Below, in pieces: positions 22,746-32,368 of a stretch of DNA of 64,000 nucleotides. Position numbers and translations under genes: made by a program. The notes under the pieces were generated by a model. The model did no database searches and had not been told where the DNA came from. It saw only the letters and a program-made list of their open reading frames with translations. Within the stretch, counting starts at the first letter, position 1. Each line of letters begins with the position of its first letter. Source of the stretch: Candidatus Latescibacterota bacterium (GTDB taxonomy: Bacteria; Latescibacterota; UBA2968; GCA-2709665); the NCBI GenBank assembly GCA_965219995.1, contig CBDCOX010000002.1, forward strand, positions 448,001 through 512,000. The letters run 5' to 3'.

Positions 22746-23524
22746 TATCGAAGACCGAGGGCCTGGTTCTGCGCGGTTACCGGATGAGCGAGAGCAGCAA
22801 GGTGGTGGTCATCTACACCCGTTCCGCCGGGAAGGTACGGGTTGTCGCCAGGGGCGCCCGGCGTCCCAGGAGCAGGTTCGGCGCCAGCGTAGAGCCGTTG
22901 ACCTGGGGAGCCTATGTTTTATATAGCCGCGAAAACAGAGATCTGCAGACGCTGAGCGAAGGCGATATTCTGTATGCCTTTGAGGGCCTCAAGAGAGATT
23001 ACAGGCGCCTTGTCTACGCAAGCGCGGTGTGCGATCTCCTGGATCGCCTGACACCGGATGAAGATCCGAATTCCCTCCTCTGCAGCGTTGCCCTGGACAC
23101 GCTTCGATGGATGGAGACGATTGACGAAGCCGCAGTTGAATTGCCTCTCTGGTATTTTCAGCTGAAGGCGGCTGCGGCGCTGGGTTACCGTCCCCATTTG
23201 AGCGGATGCGTGCAGTGCGGCGCGGGAATATCCGGAGGCCGGGTCTGTTTCGACGCGGGACGGGGCGGCACGGTCTGTCACCGTTGCGAGCGCGGCGGAA
23301 TCGGGGTTAAAATGCCCACGGTTCAATTCCTCGAGCAACTTCAGACAGCGCGTGCGGACCGGGTCGACGAGAAGGGGTTCGGGTCGATCGACATCAGCGA
23401 AGCGCGGCGCGTCTTACGCAGTTTTTTGTGGCGCCACATTGAGAACCGGGGCCAGGTCAAGTCACTGGACTTTCTGAATCGCATGCTGGCTGCGGAGTCG
23501 CCATCGGTCCCCTACGGAAGTTGA
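22742..23524 (+). CDS. recO: DNA repair protein RecO
   Basis: EGLVLR...ESSK, ARGARRPRSRF, CxxC...CxxC zinc finger. Confidence 0.92.
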   Translation: MISKTEGLVLRGYRMSESSKVVVIYTRSAGKVRVVARGARRPRSRFGASVEPLTWGAYVLYSRENRDLQTLSEGDILYAFEGLKRDYRRLVYASAVCDLLDRLTPDEDPNSLLCSVALDTLRWMETIDEAAVELPLWYFQLKAAAALGYRPHLSGCVQCGAGISGGRVCFDAGRGGTVCHRCERGGIGVKMPTVQFLEQLQTARADRVDEKGFGSIDISEARRVLRSFLWRHIENRGQVKSLDFLNRMLAAESPSVPYGS

Positions 23525-23617
23525 AGACCGGACGGCGACAGGGGGAATACGAAGACAACAGTCTGATTTTCCGTCGATCCTGAAGTGGAACGGATTGGCG
23601 GTACGGGAGAACAGGCC

Positions 23618-26287
23618 GTGCTCGAGAAAAAGTACGATCCGGGGTCGGTGGAAGCAACCTGGTACACCTTCTGGGAAGAGAAGGGCTATTTCAGGCCGGA
23701 ATACCAGGCAGACGGAAAGGCCTATGCCATCACAATTCCGCCGCCGAATGTCACGGGAGAGCTGCACATGGGGCACGCGCTGCAGCATGCGATACACGAT
23801 GCGGTGGTGCGTTGGAAGCGGATGCAGGGTTACCGGACGCTCTGCCTGCCCGGCACCGACCACGCCGGAATCGGCACCCAGATGAAGGTGGAACAGCAGC
23901 TTTTCGCCGAGGAAGGAAAAGGGCGCCACGATGTTGGCCGGGAGGAGATGTTAAAACGAATCGTCGCCTGGAAACAGCAATACGGGGGAACCATACTCAA
24001 TCAGCTCCGGGAAATGGGTTGCAGCTACGATTGGGATCGCGAACGGTATACCATGGACTGCAGTTACGCCCGGTCGGTTTTGTCGGCTTTCGTGAGATTC
24101 TATGAACGGGGATGGATATACCGCGGCAGGCGGATGGTAAACTGGTGCCCGAGTTGCGGCACGGTCATATCCGATCTGGAGGTGGAAGAGCGGGAACAAG
24201 AGGGACACCTGTGGCATATTCGTTATCCGGGTCTTGAGGGAGGGCCGGACGTGGTCGTCGCCACGACGCGACCTGAGACGATGCTGGGAGACACGGGCGT
24301 GGCGGTGCATCCGGAAGACCGGCGCTGGCAGCGGGCGATCGGCCAACGCGTCGTTCTGCCGCTCATGGACCGCCCCATTCCCATCGTGGCCGATCGGTAC
24401 GCGGACCCGGAGATGGGCAGCGGTGCGGTAAAGGTGACCCCCGCGCACGACCCCAATGACCACGAAATCGGTCTGCGGCACGGGTTGCCCGAGATCCAGG
24501 TGATCGGATTCAATGGAGAGATGACCGGTGAAGCGGGGGCGTATCGCGGCATGGACCGGTTCGCCTGCCGAAACGCGGTGATTGCCGACCTGAAGGCATC
24601 GGGACTGCTTGACCGCATAGAGGATTACGAACACATGGTGCCGCACCACGATCGATGTGGCACGGCTATCGAGCCGCTGCCGATGGACCAGTGGTTTCTG
24701 GCTATGAGGTCCCTTGCGGATCAGGCGCTGCCCGCTTTGAAGAAGCAGGAAATCAAATACGTACCGGATCGATTCCGGGAGTATTCCATTGAGTGGCTGG
24801 AAAACATCCAGGACTGGTGCATCTCCCGTCAGATCTGGTGGGGACACCGGCTCCCTGTGTGGACCTGCGAGGGGTGCGGAAAAATGCTGGTTCGGGAGGA
24901 CGCGCCCGATTTCTGCGATGTCTGCGGGAGCCGGGATCTCACACAGGATCCGGACGTTCTGGACACCTGGTTCTCGTCGGCCCTGTGGCCCTTCGCCACG
25001 CTGGGGTGGCCCGAGCAGACTGAGGACCTGAAGGCGTTTCATCCAACCGACCTGATGATCACGGGCAGGGATATTCTCTACCTCTGGGTCGCGAGAATGA
25101 TCATGACAGCCGTCGAGTTCGTGGATGAGATTCCCTTCGGGACCGTACTTGTGCATCCGACCGTCCAGACGCGTGACGGGAAACGAATGAGCAAGTCACT
25201 GGGTACCGGAATCGATCCGAGGGAGCTGATCGACCGGTACGGAGCGGATGCCACGCGTCTTTCACTGCTTTACCAGTGCGGCAGTTCGCAGGACATCCGG
25301 TTCGACGCCGACGTCGTCGACAACCATTTGCAGGATTCTCCGATCACGGAGTCCTGCAGGAATTTCTGCAACAAGATCTGGAATGCCGCCCGGTTCGTGC
25401 AGATGAACCTGGAGGAGGGCGACATCCTGCCGGCCTCGCCGCATGTGGACCCGTTCGACTCCGCGGACCGATGGATACTCAGCCAGTACAACCGCACCGT
25501 TTGTGCCGTGACCGGATCGCTCTCGGCCTACCGCTTTGACGAAGCATCCAGGACCCTGTACGAGTTCGTCTGGAATGCGTTTTGCGACTGGTACCTGGAA
25601 ATCGCCAAGGTGCGGTTGAACGCAGCCGACCCGAAAGCGGGAGCGGCCGCGCGCCGCGTGCTCGTCCATGTGCTGGAGGGCTCCCTGCGTCTGCTTCATC
25701 CGATGGCGCCATTTATCTCCGAGGCCCTGTGGCAGCAGCTTCCCCGTTCCGGGGAAGCGCTGATTGTCGCGAAGTGGCCGGAGGCGGACCTCGGTCGATT
25801 CGACGAGACTGCGGAGCGGGAGATGGCGCTATTGCAGGAGGTGGTGGGTGCAGTCAGGAATATTCGCGGTACGATGCGCGTGCCGCCGGGCAGGCGCGCC
25901 GACGTCCATTTGAAGGTGAATTCGGTCGAGGTTGCAAACATCCTGAGCCGGTTCGAGGTCTACCTTGGCGCGCTTGCGAGGGTAGCGGACCTTCGCATCG
26001 GCGCCGATATCGCCCGGCCGCCGGCTTCTGCCAGCGCCGTGTTGAAGGATGTCGAGATCTTTGTGCCGTTGCAGGGGCTGATCGATCTGGACCTGGAGCG
26101 TCAGCGTCTGAAGAAGGAAATCGAAAAGCTGGAGGCGCTGCTGGGCGGGCTGGACCGGAAGCTCAGTAACGCGGGTTTTCTGAACAATGCGCCCTCCGAG
26201 GTGGTCTCGAAGGAAAAGGGACGCCACGCACAGTACAGCAGTGCACTCGGCAGGTTGAACGAGAACCTCGAAGCAGTGACGTCGTGA
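23618..26287 (+). CDS. valS: Valine--tRNA ligase
   Basis: PPPNVTGELHMGH, ATTRPET, WCISRQIWWGH, RMSKS, C-terminal coiled coil; start may be 23585. Confidence 0.97.
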   Translation: MLEKKYDPGSVEATWYTFWEEKGYFRPEYQADGKAYAITIPPPNVTGELHMGHALQHAIHDAVVRWKRMQGYRTLCLPGTDHAGIGTQMKVEQQLFAEEGKGRHDVGREEMLKRIVAWKQQYGGTILNQLREMGCSYDWDRERYTMDCSYARSVLSAFVRFYERGWIYRGRRMVNWCPSCGTVISDLEVEEREQEGHLWHIRYPGLEGGPDVVVATTRPETMLGDTGVAVHPEDRRWQRAIGQRVVLPLMDRPIPIVADRYADPEMGSGAVKVTPAHDPNDHEIGLRHGLPEIQVIGFNGEMTGEAGAYRGMDRFACRNAVIADLKASGLLDRIEDYEHMVPHHDRCGTAIEPLPMDQWFLAMRSLADQALPALKKQEIKYVPDRFREYSIEWLENIQDWCISRQIWWGHRLPVWTCEGCGKMLVREDAPDFCDVCGSRDLTQDPDVLDTWFSSALWPFATLGWPEQTEDLKAFHPTDLMITGRDILYLWVARMIMTAVEFVDEIPFGTVLVHPTVQTRDGKRMSKSLGTGIDPRELIDRYGADATRLSLLYQCGSSQDIRFDADVVDNHLQDSPITESCRNFCNKIWNAARFVQMNLEEGDILPASPHVDPFDSADRWILSQYNRTVCAVTGSLSAYRFDEASRTLYEFVWNAFCDWYLEIAKVRLNAADPKAGAAARRVLVHVLEGSLRLLHPMAPFISEALWQQLPRSGEALIVAKWPEADLGRFDETAEREMALLQEVVGAVRNIRGTMRVPPGRRADVHLKVNSVEVANILSRFEVYLGALARVADLRIGADIARPPASASAVLKDVEIFVPLQGLIDLDLERQRLKKEIEKLEALLGGLDRKLSNAGFLNNAPSEVVSKEKGRHAQYSSALGRLNENLEAVTS

Positions 26288-26410
26288 AATGTTCGTATTC
26301 GGGTACGATCGGGCTGGAGGCAGTCGTGTGATGCGAAATTCCCGGCGTCCCGCCGGAAATGCGGGACATCGGCTGAGCCCTCGGCCCGATTCAGATTGGA
26401 AGTCTGCAAC

Positions 26411-28564
26411 ATGATGAAATCCTATGCGCGTCGCATCCTGCTCTATTGTGGGTTCTGTGTGCTGGTATACGCGGGCGTGGCGGGAGGGGTGGTACTGCGA
26501 TTCAAGGACGAGTTGCCGTCATTTGCACAGCTGGAGGAGGTTGAGCCCGCTCGAACCACGAGCATCATATCCACCGACGGCGCGGTGCTGAAGCGGTTCT
26601 GGGTCGAGAATCGGGTACCGATCACGTACGACCGGATTCCCGATACCGCAATATGGGCGCTGATCGCGACGGAGGATCAGCTCTACTGGCGTCATTGGGG
26701 CGTGAGCCTGCCCGATATCTTTCGCGCCGTATTGCGTAACCTGACGCAGGAAGGCAGTCTGAAGGGCCACGGCGCCAGTACGATTACGCAACAGCTCGCC
26801 CGGAACCTGTTTCTGGATCAGAAACAGACATGGACGCGGAAGGTAAAGGAGCAATTGACGGCCGTGCTGCTCGAACGGACGTACACGAAACAGGAGATCA
26901 TCGAGATCTATTTCAACAAGGTCCTGTTCGGAAACGGCGCGTACGGACTTCAGTCCGCTGCGGAGCGGTTCTTCGGCAAAGACGCGTCGGAACTGTCGCT
27001 GGACGAGTCAGCGCTGCTGGTCGGACTGCTCAGGGGACCCTACTTCTATTCACCGATCAACCATCCACAGCGCGCCGTGGATCGCCGCGATCTCGTACTT
27101 CGTCTGATGCGAAACACGGGCAGAATCACTCAGGACCAATACCTGTCCGCCACGCGTCTGCCCATTGTCTTGAAGGATACCGCGGATGAAGAGATCGGCG
27201 AAGCGCCGTATTTCACTGAGTACATTCGCCGGTACCTGGAGAACAACTACGGCTGGAATCTCCTGTACAAGGACGGCGCGTCTGTGCATACGACGGTGGA
27301 CAGTCGAATCCAGTCCATTGCCGAGGAGACCCTGTTAAGCCACCTTGAGACGGTGCAGAAACGGGTGGATGCGAAAAAACGGTGGAGCCGGCCGGATACG
27401 GCGTTCTGGGCTGGTATCGGAACCCGGGAAGACTCGCTGAGGGCCACGGTGGTACAGGGCGCGCTGGTCGCACTGGACCCCCGCACGGGCCATATTCTGG
27501 CGATGGTAGGCGGCCGCGACTTCACCGAGACCAAGTTCAACCGGGCCGTTCAGGCGCTGCGTCAGCCGGGATCGGCATTCAAGCCCATCATCTATGCGTC
27601 GGCAATCGCACAGAAGATCCCGCCCACGCGCCGTTATCCGGATACGGCCGTTACCGTGGAAATGTACGACGGCAGCTTGTGGCGTCCCCAGAACTACGAT
27701 CGGAAGTTCCTGGGCTGGATGACCATGCGGGAAGGTCTCGCCATGTCCAGGAACGTGGTGACAACGAAGATTCTGGAGGAGATCGGGCCGCAGACCGCGG
27801 TGCGCCTGGCGAAGCGGATGGGAATTACCAGCAGGATCCGGGCGGTGAAGTCCCTTGGCATGGGCACGAGTGAAGTGAAATTGATCGACCTCGTATCGGC
27901 ATACGGGACGTTGCCAAACGGCGGCATCCTGGTGGACCCGGTCGCCATTCTGAAGATCGCGGACAAGGACGGCAATGTTGTCGAAAGCCGGGTTCAGGGC
28001 ATAGAGCACGAGGCGCTCAGTGCGGAGGCGGCCGCCGTTGCAACAAGCCTGCTCCGGTCCGTCATGGATATGTACAAGCGGACGCCAAAGGGAACCTGGC
28101 GCGGAACGGGTACAGGCGCCCGTTCATACTACGGGTTTCGGCGGCCGGCGGCCGGAAAGACGGGTACCACACAAAACTTCGCGGACACTTGGTTTGTGGG
28201 CTTTACGCCGCAGATCGTGGCCGGCGTGTGGATCGGCTTCGACGATTACCGGGTTTCTCTCGGAAGCAGGATGTCGGGCGCGGTCGTGGCGCTGCCTGTG
28301 TGGGCGAAATTCATGAATAAAGTACATCGCGCACTCAATTTGCCCGAGGAAGATTTCGCGCTTCCGCCGGGCGTCGCCCAACTTGAGGTATGCGGCGATA
28401 CATATGAGGTGGCGTCCATATACTGCCCGACGCGATTGGAGGAAGTGTTCGTGCCCGGCGCCGAACCGACGTCTCCCTGTCCGGACCATACAGCGGCTGT
28501 CGTCCGGCAGCCCGACCTCCAGAAACAGGATCGGGAGAACGCGAAGCGGGCGTATCAGTTCTAG
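26411..28564 (+). CDS. Class A penicillin-binding protein (PBP1A family)
   Basis: N-terminal TM, ATED, GASTITQQL, SAFK (SxxK), SRN, KTGT. Confidence 0.93.
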   Translation: MMKSYARRILLYCGFCVLVYAGVAGGVVLRFKDELPSFAQLEEVEPARTTSIISTDGAVLKRFWVENRVPITYDRIPDTAIWALIATEDQLYWRHWGVSLPDIFRAVLRNLTQEGSLKGHGASTITQQLARNLFLDQKQTWTRKVKEQLTAVLLERTYTKQEIIEIYFNKVLFGNGAYGLQSAAERFFGKDASELSLDESALLVGLLRGPYFYSPINHPQRAVDRRDLVLRLMRNTGRITQDQYLSATRLPIVLKDTADEEIGEAPYFTEYIRRYLENNYGWNLLYKDGASVHTTVDSRIQSIAEETLLSHLETVQKRVDAKKRWSRPDTAFWAGIGTREDSLRATVVQGALVALDPRTGHILAMVGGRDFTETKFNRAVQALRQPGSAFKPIIYASAIAQKIPPTRRYPDTAVTVEMYDGSLWRPQNYDRKFLGWMTMREGLAMSRNVVTTKILEEIGPQTAVRLAKRMGITSRIRAVKSLGMGTSEVKLIDLVSAYGTLPNGGILVDPVAILKIADKDGNVVESRVQGIEHEALSAEAAAVATSLLRSVMDMYKRTPKGTWRGTGTGARSYYGFRRPAAGKTGTTQNFADTWFVGFTPQIVAGVWIGFDDYRVSLGSRMSGAVVALPVWAKFMNKVHRALNLPEEDFALPPGVAQLEVCGDTYEVASIYCPTRLEEVFVPGAEPTSPCPDHTAAVVRQPDLQKQDRENAKRAYQF

Positions 28565-28609
28565 TTCCCCTGCCCGCGCAGACCGCTCTAACCCGTCACG
28601 GACAATAAG

Positions 28610-28643
28610 AAACACCCGGCGAAAATATCGCCGGGTGTTTTTT
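28610..28643. terminator. Terminator between convergent PBP1A and secDF genes
   Basis: 13-bp stem AAACACCCGGCGA/TCGCCGGGTGTTT, followed by further T's. Confidence 0.85.
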
Positions 28644-28660
28644 GGCGTTCGGGTTGCCGT

Positions 28661-31213
28661 TTATGCTCTCGCGCGGCGGGAGGTCGCGGCTGCAGCCTCC
28701 TTGCGGCGATCCGCCGCATTCTGCCAGACAAGCACGAGAGGACTGGCCACGAACGACGAGGAATAGGTTCCTACGATCACCCCGATCATCAGCGCGAACG
28801 CGAAATCGCGAATGACCTCCCCGCCGAGGAGAAGCAGGCCCAGGACAACGAGCAGTGTTGTGCCTGAGGTCAGAACGGTACGATTGAGGCTTTCGTTGAT
28901 ACTCCGGTTGATGACCTCTGCCGAACTGTCTCGCCGGTAGAGCTTTCGGTTTTCGCGAATGCGGTCGTACACCACGATGGTGTCGTTCAACGAATACCCG
29001 ACGATCGTGAGCAACGCGGCCACGATGGCCAGAGAGATCTCTTTGTCCATCAGGGAAAAAACGCCCAGCGTGATCAGAACGTCGTGGAATAGCGCCACGA
29101 CGGCGGCGATACCGAACTGAATCTGCTTGAAGCGCCACCAGATGTAGAGCACGATCAGAACCAGAGAAACGAGAATCGCATTGACCGCGTTCTGCTTCAG
29201 TTCGCTGCCAATCTTGGGCCCGACCGCCTCCTGGCGCCTCAGCCACTGCGCGGGATCGGGAATGCTGGACGCGAATTCCGCCTTGAGCGTGTTTTTTATG
29301 GCGTCCGCCGTGACCGTACCTTCCGCTTCTTCCTCGACGCGAATCAGAATATCAGAGGCAGGTCCGAAGACCTTTATTTCGCTGTGTCTCAGGTCGCGTT
29401 TTTCACCCTTCACGTCAACGTCTTCAAGGGCATCCCGGAGGTTGGCGACTTGCACCGGAGGGTCGAAGTGCAACTCCAGCAGCGTGCCTCCCGCGAAGTC
29501 GATGCCGAGGTTGTAGCCGCCCCTTGTAATCGTGGAACCCAGACCGACCAGGATGACAAACACCGACAGCACGAACGCGGGCTTGCGCAGACTGAGGAAG
29601 TCGAATGACGGGCGGCGGAATATGGTCAGTCTGCCAATACTGATGGAGCTGAGTTGCCAGCGATTGATCGCAATATTGAAGAGGGTCCGTGTGACGAACA
29701 GCGCGGTGTACATGCTGCAGAGGATACCGACCATGAGAGTCAGCGCGAAGCCCCGGATCGGACCCGTTCCGAACTGGTAAAGCACAACTGCGGTGATTAC
29801 TGTGGTTATATTGGCGTCGACAATGGTGAGCAGCGCCCGGCCGTATCCGTCTTCGACGGCGACGCGAAGGGTCTTGCCGTTGCGCAGTTCCTCGCGAATG
29901 CGCTCGAAAATGAGCACGTTGGCGTCGACGGCCATACCGATCGTGAGAATGATCCCGGCGATCCCGGGCAGGGTGAGCGTTCCGCCGAAGCCGGCCAGGA
30001 TTGCCATCACAAACACGAGATTCAGGAATAATGCAAAATTGGCCACGAGCCCCGAAAGGCCGTAGTAGAAAACCATAAAGACCATGACGATGGCCAGGCC
30101 GATCAGCGCGGCCTTCCGTCCCTGCTCGATGGAATCCCTTCCCAGCGAAGGACCAACCGTCCGGTCTTCCACGATCGGAGCATTGGCCGGCAGGGCCCCC
30201 GCCCGCAGCACGATCGCCAGATCCTTTGCTTCCTCCAGGTCGCCGCTGCCTTCGATAATGGACCGCCCATCCCGGATTTTCGCGCGAATGGTAGGCGCCG
30301 AGTAGATCTGGTCGTCGAGAATGATGGCCATACGTTCTTCGAGGTGAGCTCCTGTCACCCGGGAGAAGAGCTTGATGCCGTCGTTCGTTGTGGTAAAGTT
30401 GATAATGGGCTGGCCCGCATTTTCAAAACTCTGACCCTTGGTAACCTTGGCGTCCTGGACGATTTCGCCGGTCATTTCGATGCGTTTATACAGATAGTAA
30501 AGCCGCCGGTACTTCTGCCCGTCTCCGAGTTCCTCCACTTCATTTCCCCACAGGAACTGGGTATCGCCGGGGATGAGTTCCACGATTTCAGGATCTTCAA
30601 ACAGGATGGCTTTTACGGTCTGAATCCTGTCGGCCGGAACGATCAGGTCTTCGCCGAGTGAGAGCACGTACCGCTTGATTGAGGGTTTTTCGTCCACGGC
30701 GTTCTCTTCAAAGAGGCTGGCCGCGTCCTTTCTCGTGGTGTCTTCCCCGGCGCGTGCGGCAAGGCGCGTTTCGATTTTGTCGAGTAAGCCGAAGCGGTCG
30801 GGTACCGGCGCGAGGATCTTGAATTCGAGGCGCGCCTGCGTCTGTATGAGGTTCTTGGCGCGCTCCACGTCCTGAACGCCGGGAAGCTCGACCACGATAC
30901 GCCACTCGCCCTCTCTATGGATAATGGGTTCGGCCACGCCGAACTGATCGACCCGGTTGGTGATGATTTCCTTGACGCGGTCCACAACGTCCGTCCGTTC
31001 GTCTTCGGAAAGACCGGTGGGGTCCACTTCGAGAACCAGATGGATACCGCCCTGGAGGTCCAGCCCCAGGTTGACGGCCTCCCGTTTGACGGCTTCCAGT
31101 CTATCGGGGTCCGCCGGCGGGTCGAAGTAATACCGGTACGTCGGAAAGAGGTAGTACAGAGCCAGCAGGATGGATCCGAGGATAATCAGGATTCGGACGT
31201 TATCTCTTTTCAT
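28661..31213 (-). CDS. secDF: Fused protein translocase SecDF
   Basis: LGLDLQGG, VGPSLG, GMAVDANVLIFERIREE (SecD); GIDFAGG, HDV, GYSLNDTIVVYDRIRE (SecF). Confidence 0.96.
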   Translation of the reverse strand: MKRDNVRILIILGSILLALYYLFPTYRYYFDPPADPDRLEAVKREAVNLGLDLQGGIHLVLEVDPTGLSEDERTDVVDRVKEIITNRVDQFGVAEPIIHREGEWRIVVELPGVQDVERAKNLIQTQARLEFKILAPVPDRFGLLDKIETRLAARAGEDTTRKDAASLFEENAVDEKPSIKRYVLSLGEDLIVPADRIQTVKAILFEDPEIVELIPGDTQFLWGNEVEELGDGQKYRRLYYLYKRIEMTGEIVQDAKVTKGQSFENAGQPIINFTTTNDGIKLFSRVTGAHLEERMAIILDDQIYSAPTIRAKIRDGRSIIEGSGDLEEAKDLAIVLRAGALPANAPIVEDRTVGPSLGRDSIEQGRKAALIGLAIVMVFMVFYYGLSGLVANFALFLNLVFVMAILAGFGGTLTLPGIAGIILTIGMAVDANVLIFERIREELRNGKTLRVAVEDGYGRALLTIVDANITTVITAVVLYQFGTGPIRGFALTLMVGILCSMYTALFVTRTLFNIAINRWQLSSISIGRLTIFRRPSFDFLSLRKPAFVLSVFVILVGLGSTITRGGYNLGIDFAGGTLLELHFDPPVQVANLRDALEDVDVKGEKRDLRHSEIKVFGPASDILIRVEEEAEGTVTADAIKNTLKAEFASSIPDPAQWLRRQEAVGPKIGSELKQNAVNAILVSLVLIVLYIWWRFKQIQFGIAAVVALFHDVLITLGVFSLMDKEISLAIVAALLTIVGYSLNDTIVVYDRIRENRKLYRRDSSAEVINRSINESLNRTVLTSGTTLLVVLGLLLLGGEVIRDFAFALMIGVIVGTYSSSFVASPLVLVWQNAADRRKEAAAATSRRARA

Positions 31214-31299
31214 TTTATGGTCGTGACTCCTGTAAACGCGACGGATCCGGGATTGGAACGGCGCCGGTCGCGTGATGTCGCCTCTGGGGTCGCGTCGAC

Positions 31300-32265
31300 C
31301 TACTTATGTCGATCGACCACGTGTCTTACGGCGAGTTCCAGCGCATTTCGGGCGTCCGACGAGTTCAGTTCGGCCAGGCTCTTCAGGCCGGAGGAGGCAT
31401 ACTGCCGCGCTTCCCGTCGGGCGGCTTCGATACCGTCGTAACGCCTTACGAAGCGAAAGACTTCCTGGAGTTCGGCGTCGGATTCAATGCCGTTGCGCAC
31501 TTTTTCCTGAATCTGTTCGGCGTCGCCGTTGGGGCAATTCGCCAGAGCGCGAATCAGTGGCAACGTCAGTTTTTTCTCACGTACGTCCGTGCCCACCGGC
31601 TTTCCGAGAGACGCTTCGTCCCCGACAAAGTCCAGCAGATCGTCGGTTATCTGGAAGGCGATTCCCACTTCCTTGCCAAACGCGGACATCCTCGAGACCT
31701 GCTCGGGTGTGCCGCCTCCCAATATGGCGCCAACCTCGCAGGCCAGCGCCATCAGCGATGCCGTCTTCTTGTCGATCATGTTGAAATAGCGCGCCGCTTC
31801 AGCGTCGTTTCCGCTCTCCACCTCCAGAATCTCACCTTCGATCATCCGGCTGACTGCGCGTGTGGCGGCTCGCATGACTTCCATGGAATCGAGACCGACC
31901 AGGAGCTGCAATGCCCTGGCCAGCAGGAAGTCTCCCATCAGAACGGCTGCTTTATTGCCCCATCTCAGGTTGAGGACCTCCGCGCCCCTGCGTTTGTCGG
32001 CAAGGTCGATAACGTCATCGTGGATCAACGTCGCCGTGTGGATGATTTCAATGCCGGCGGCGGCATCCACCACCCTGTCGGAACATCGTCCGATGGCCTG
32101 TGCGGTAAGTAGAGAAAGAGCCGGACGAATGATCTTGCCCTTCGTCGTCAGTATATGACTGCCCATGGCCTGAACCAGGTTGACATCGGAGGCCAGCGTT
32201 TCCGTGAATCGCCTTTCGAAACGCCGGATCTGGGGCTGAATGGGCTGAAGAATCTGATCTAACAT
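31300..32265 (-). CDS. Polyprenyl diphosphate synthase (IspB/HepT-like)
   Basis: GKIIRP, HTATLIHDDVID, RRG, FQITDDLLD. Confidence 0.93.
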   Translation of the reverse strand: MLDQILQPIQPQIRRFERRFTETLASDVNLVQAMGSHILTTKGKIIRPALSLLTAQAIGRCSDRVVDAAAGIEIIHTATLIHDDVIDLADKRRGAEVLNLRWGNKAAVLMGDFLLARALQLLVGLDSMEVMRAATRAVSRMIEGEILEVESGNDAEAARYFNMIDKKTASLMALACEVGAILGGGTPEQVSRMSAFGKEVGIAFQITDDLLDFVGDEASLGKPVGTDVREKKLTLPLIRALANCPNGDAEQIQEKVRNGIESDAELQEVFRFVRRYDGIEAARREARQYASSGLKSLAELNSSDARNALELAVRHVVDRHK

Positions 32266-32368
32266 AGGGCTTCAGGATGGCGGTGTGCGAACCGGAGATC
32301 AACCTTCGGATGCTGACGTTGGAAGATTGGGATAAGACCTTCCAACGTAACAAAAACGAGCGGTTTTG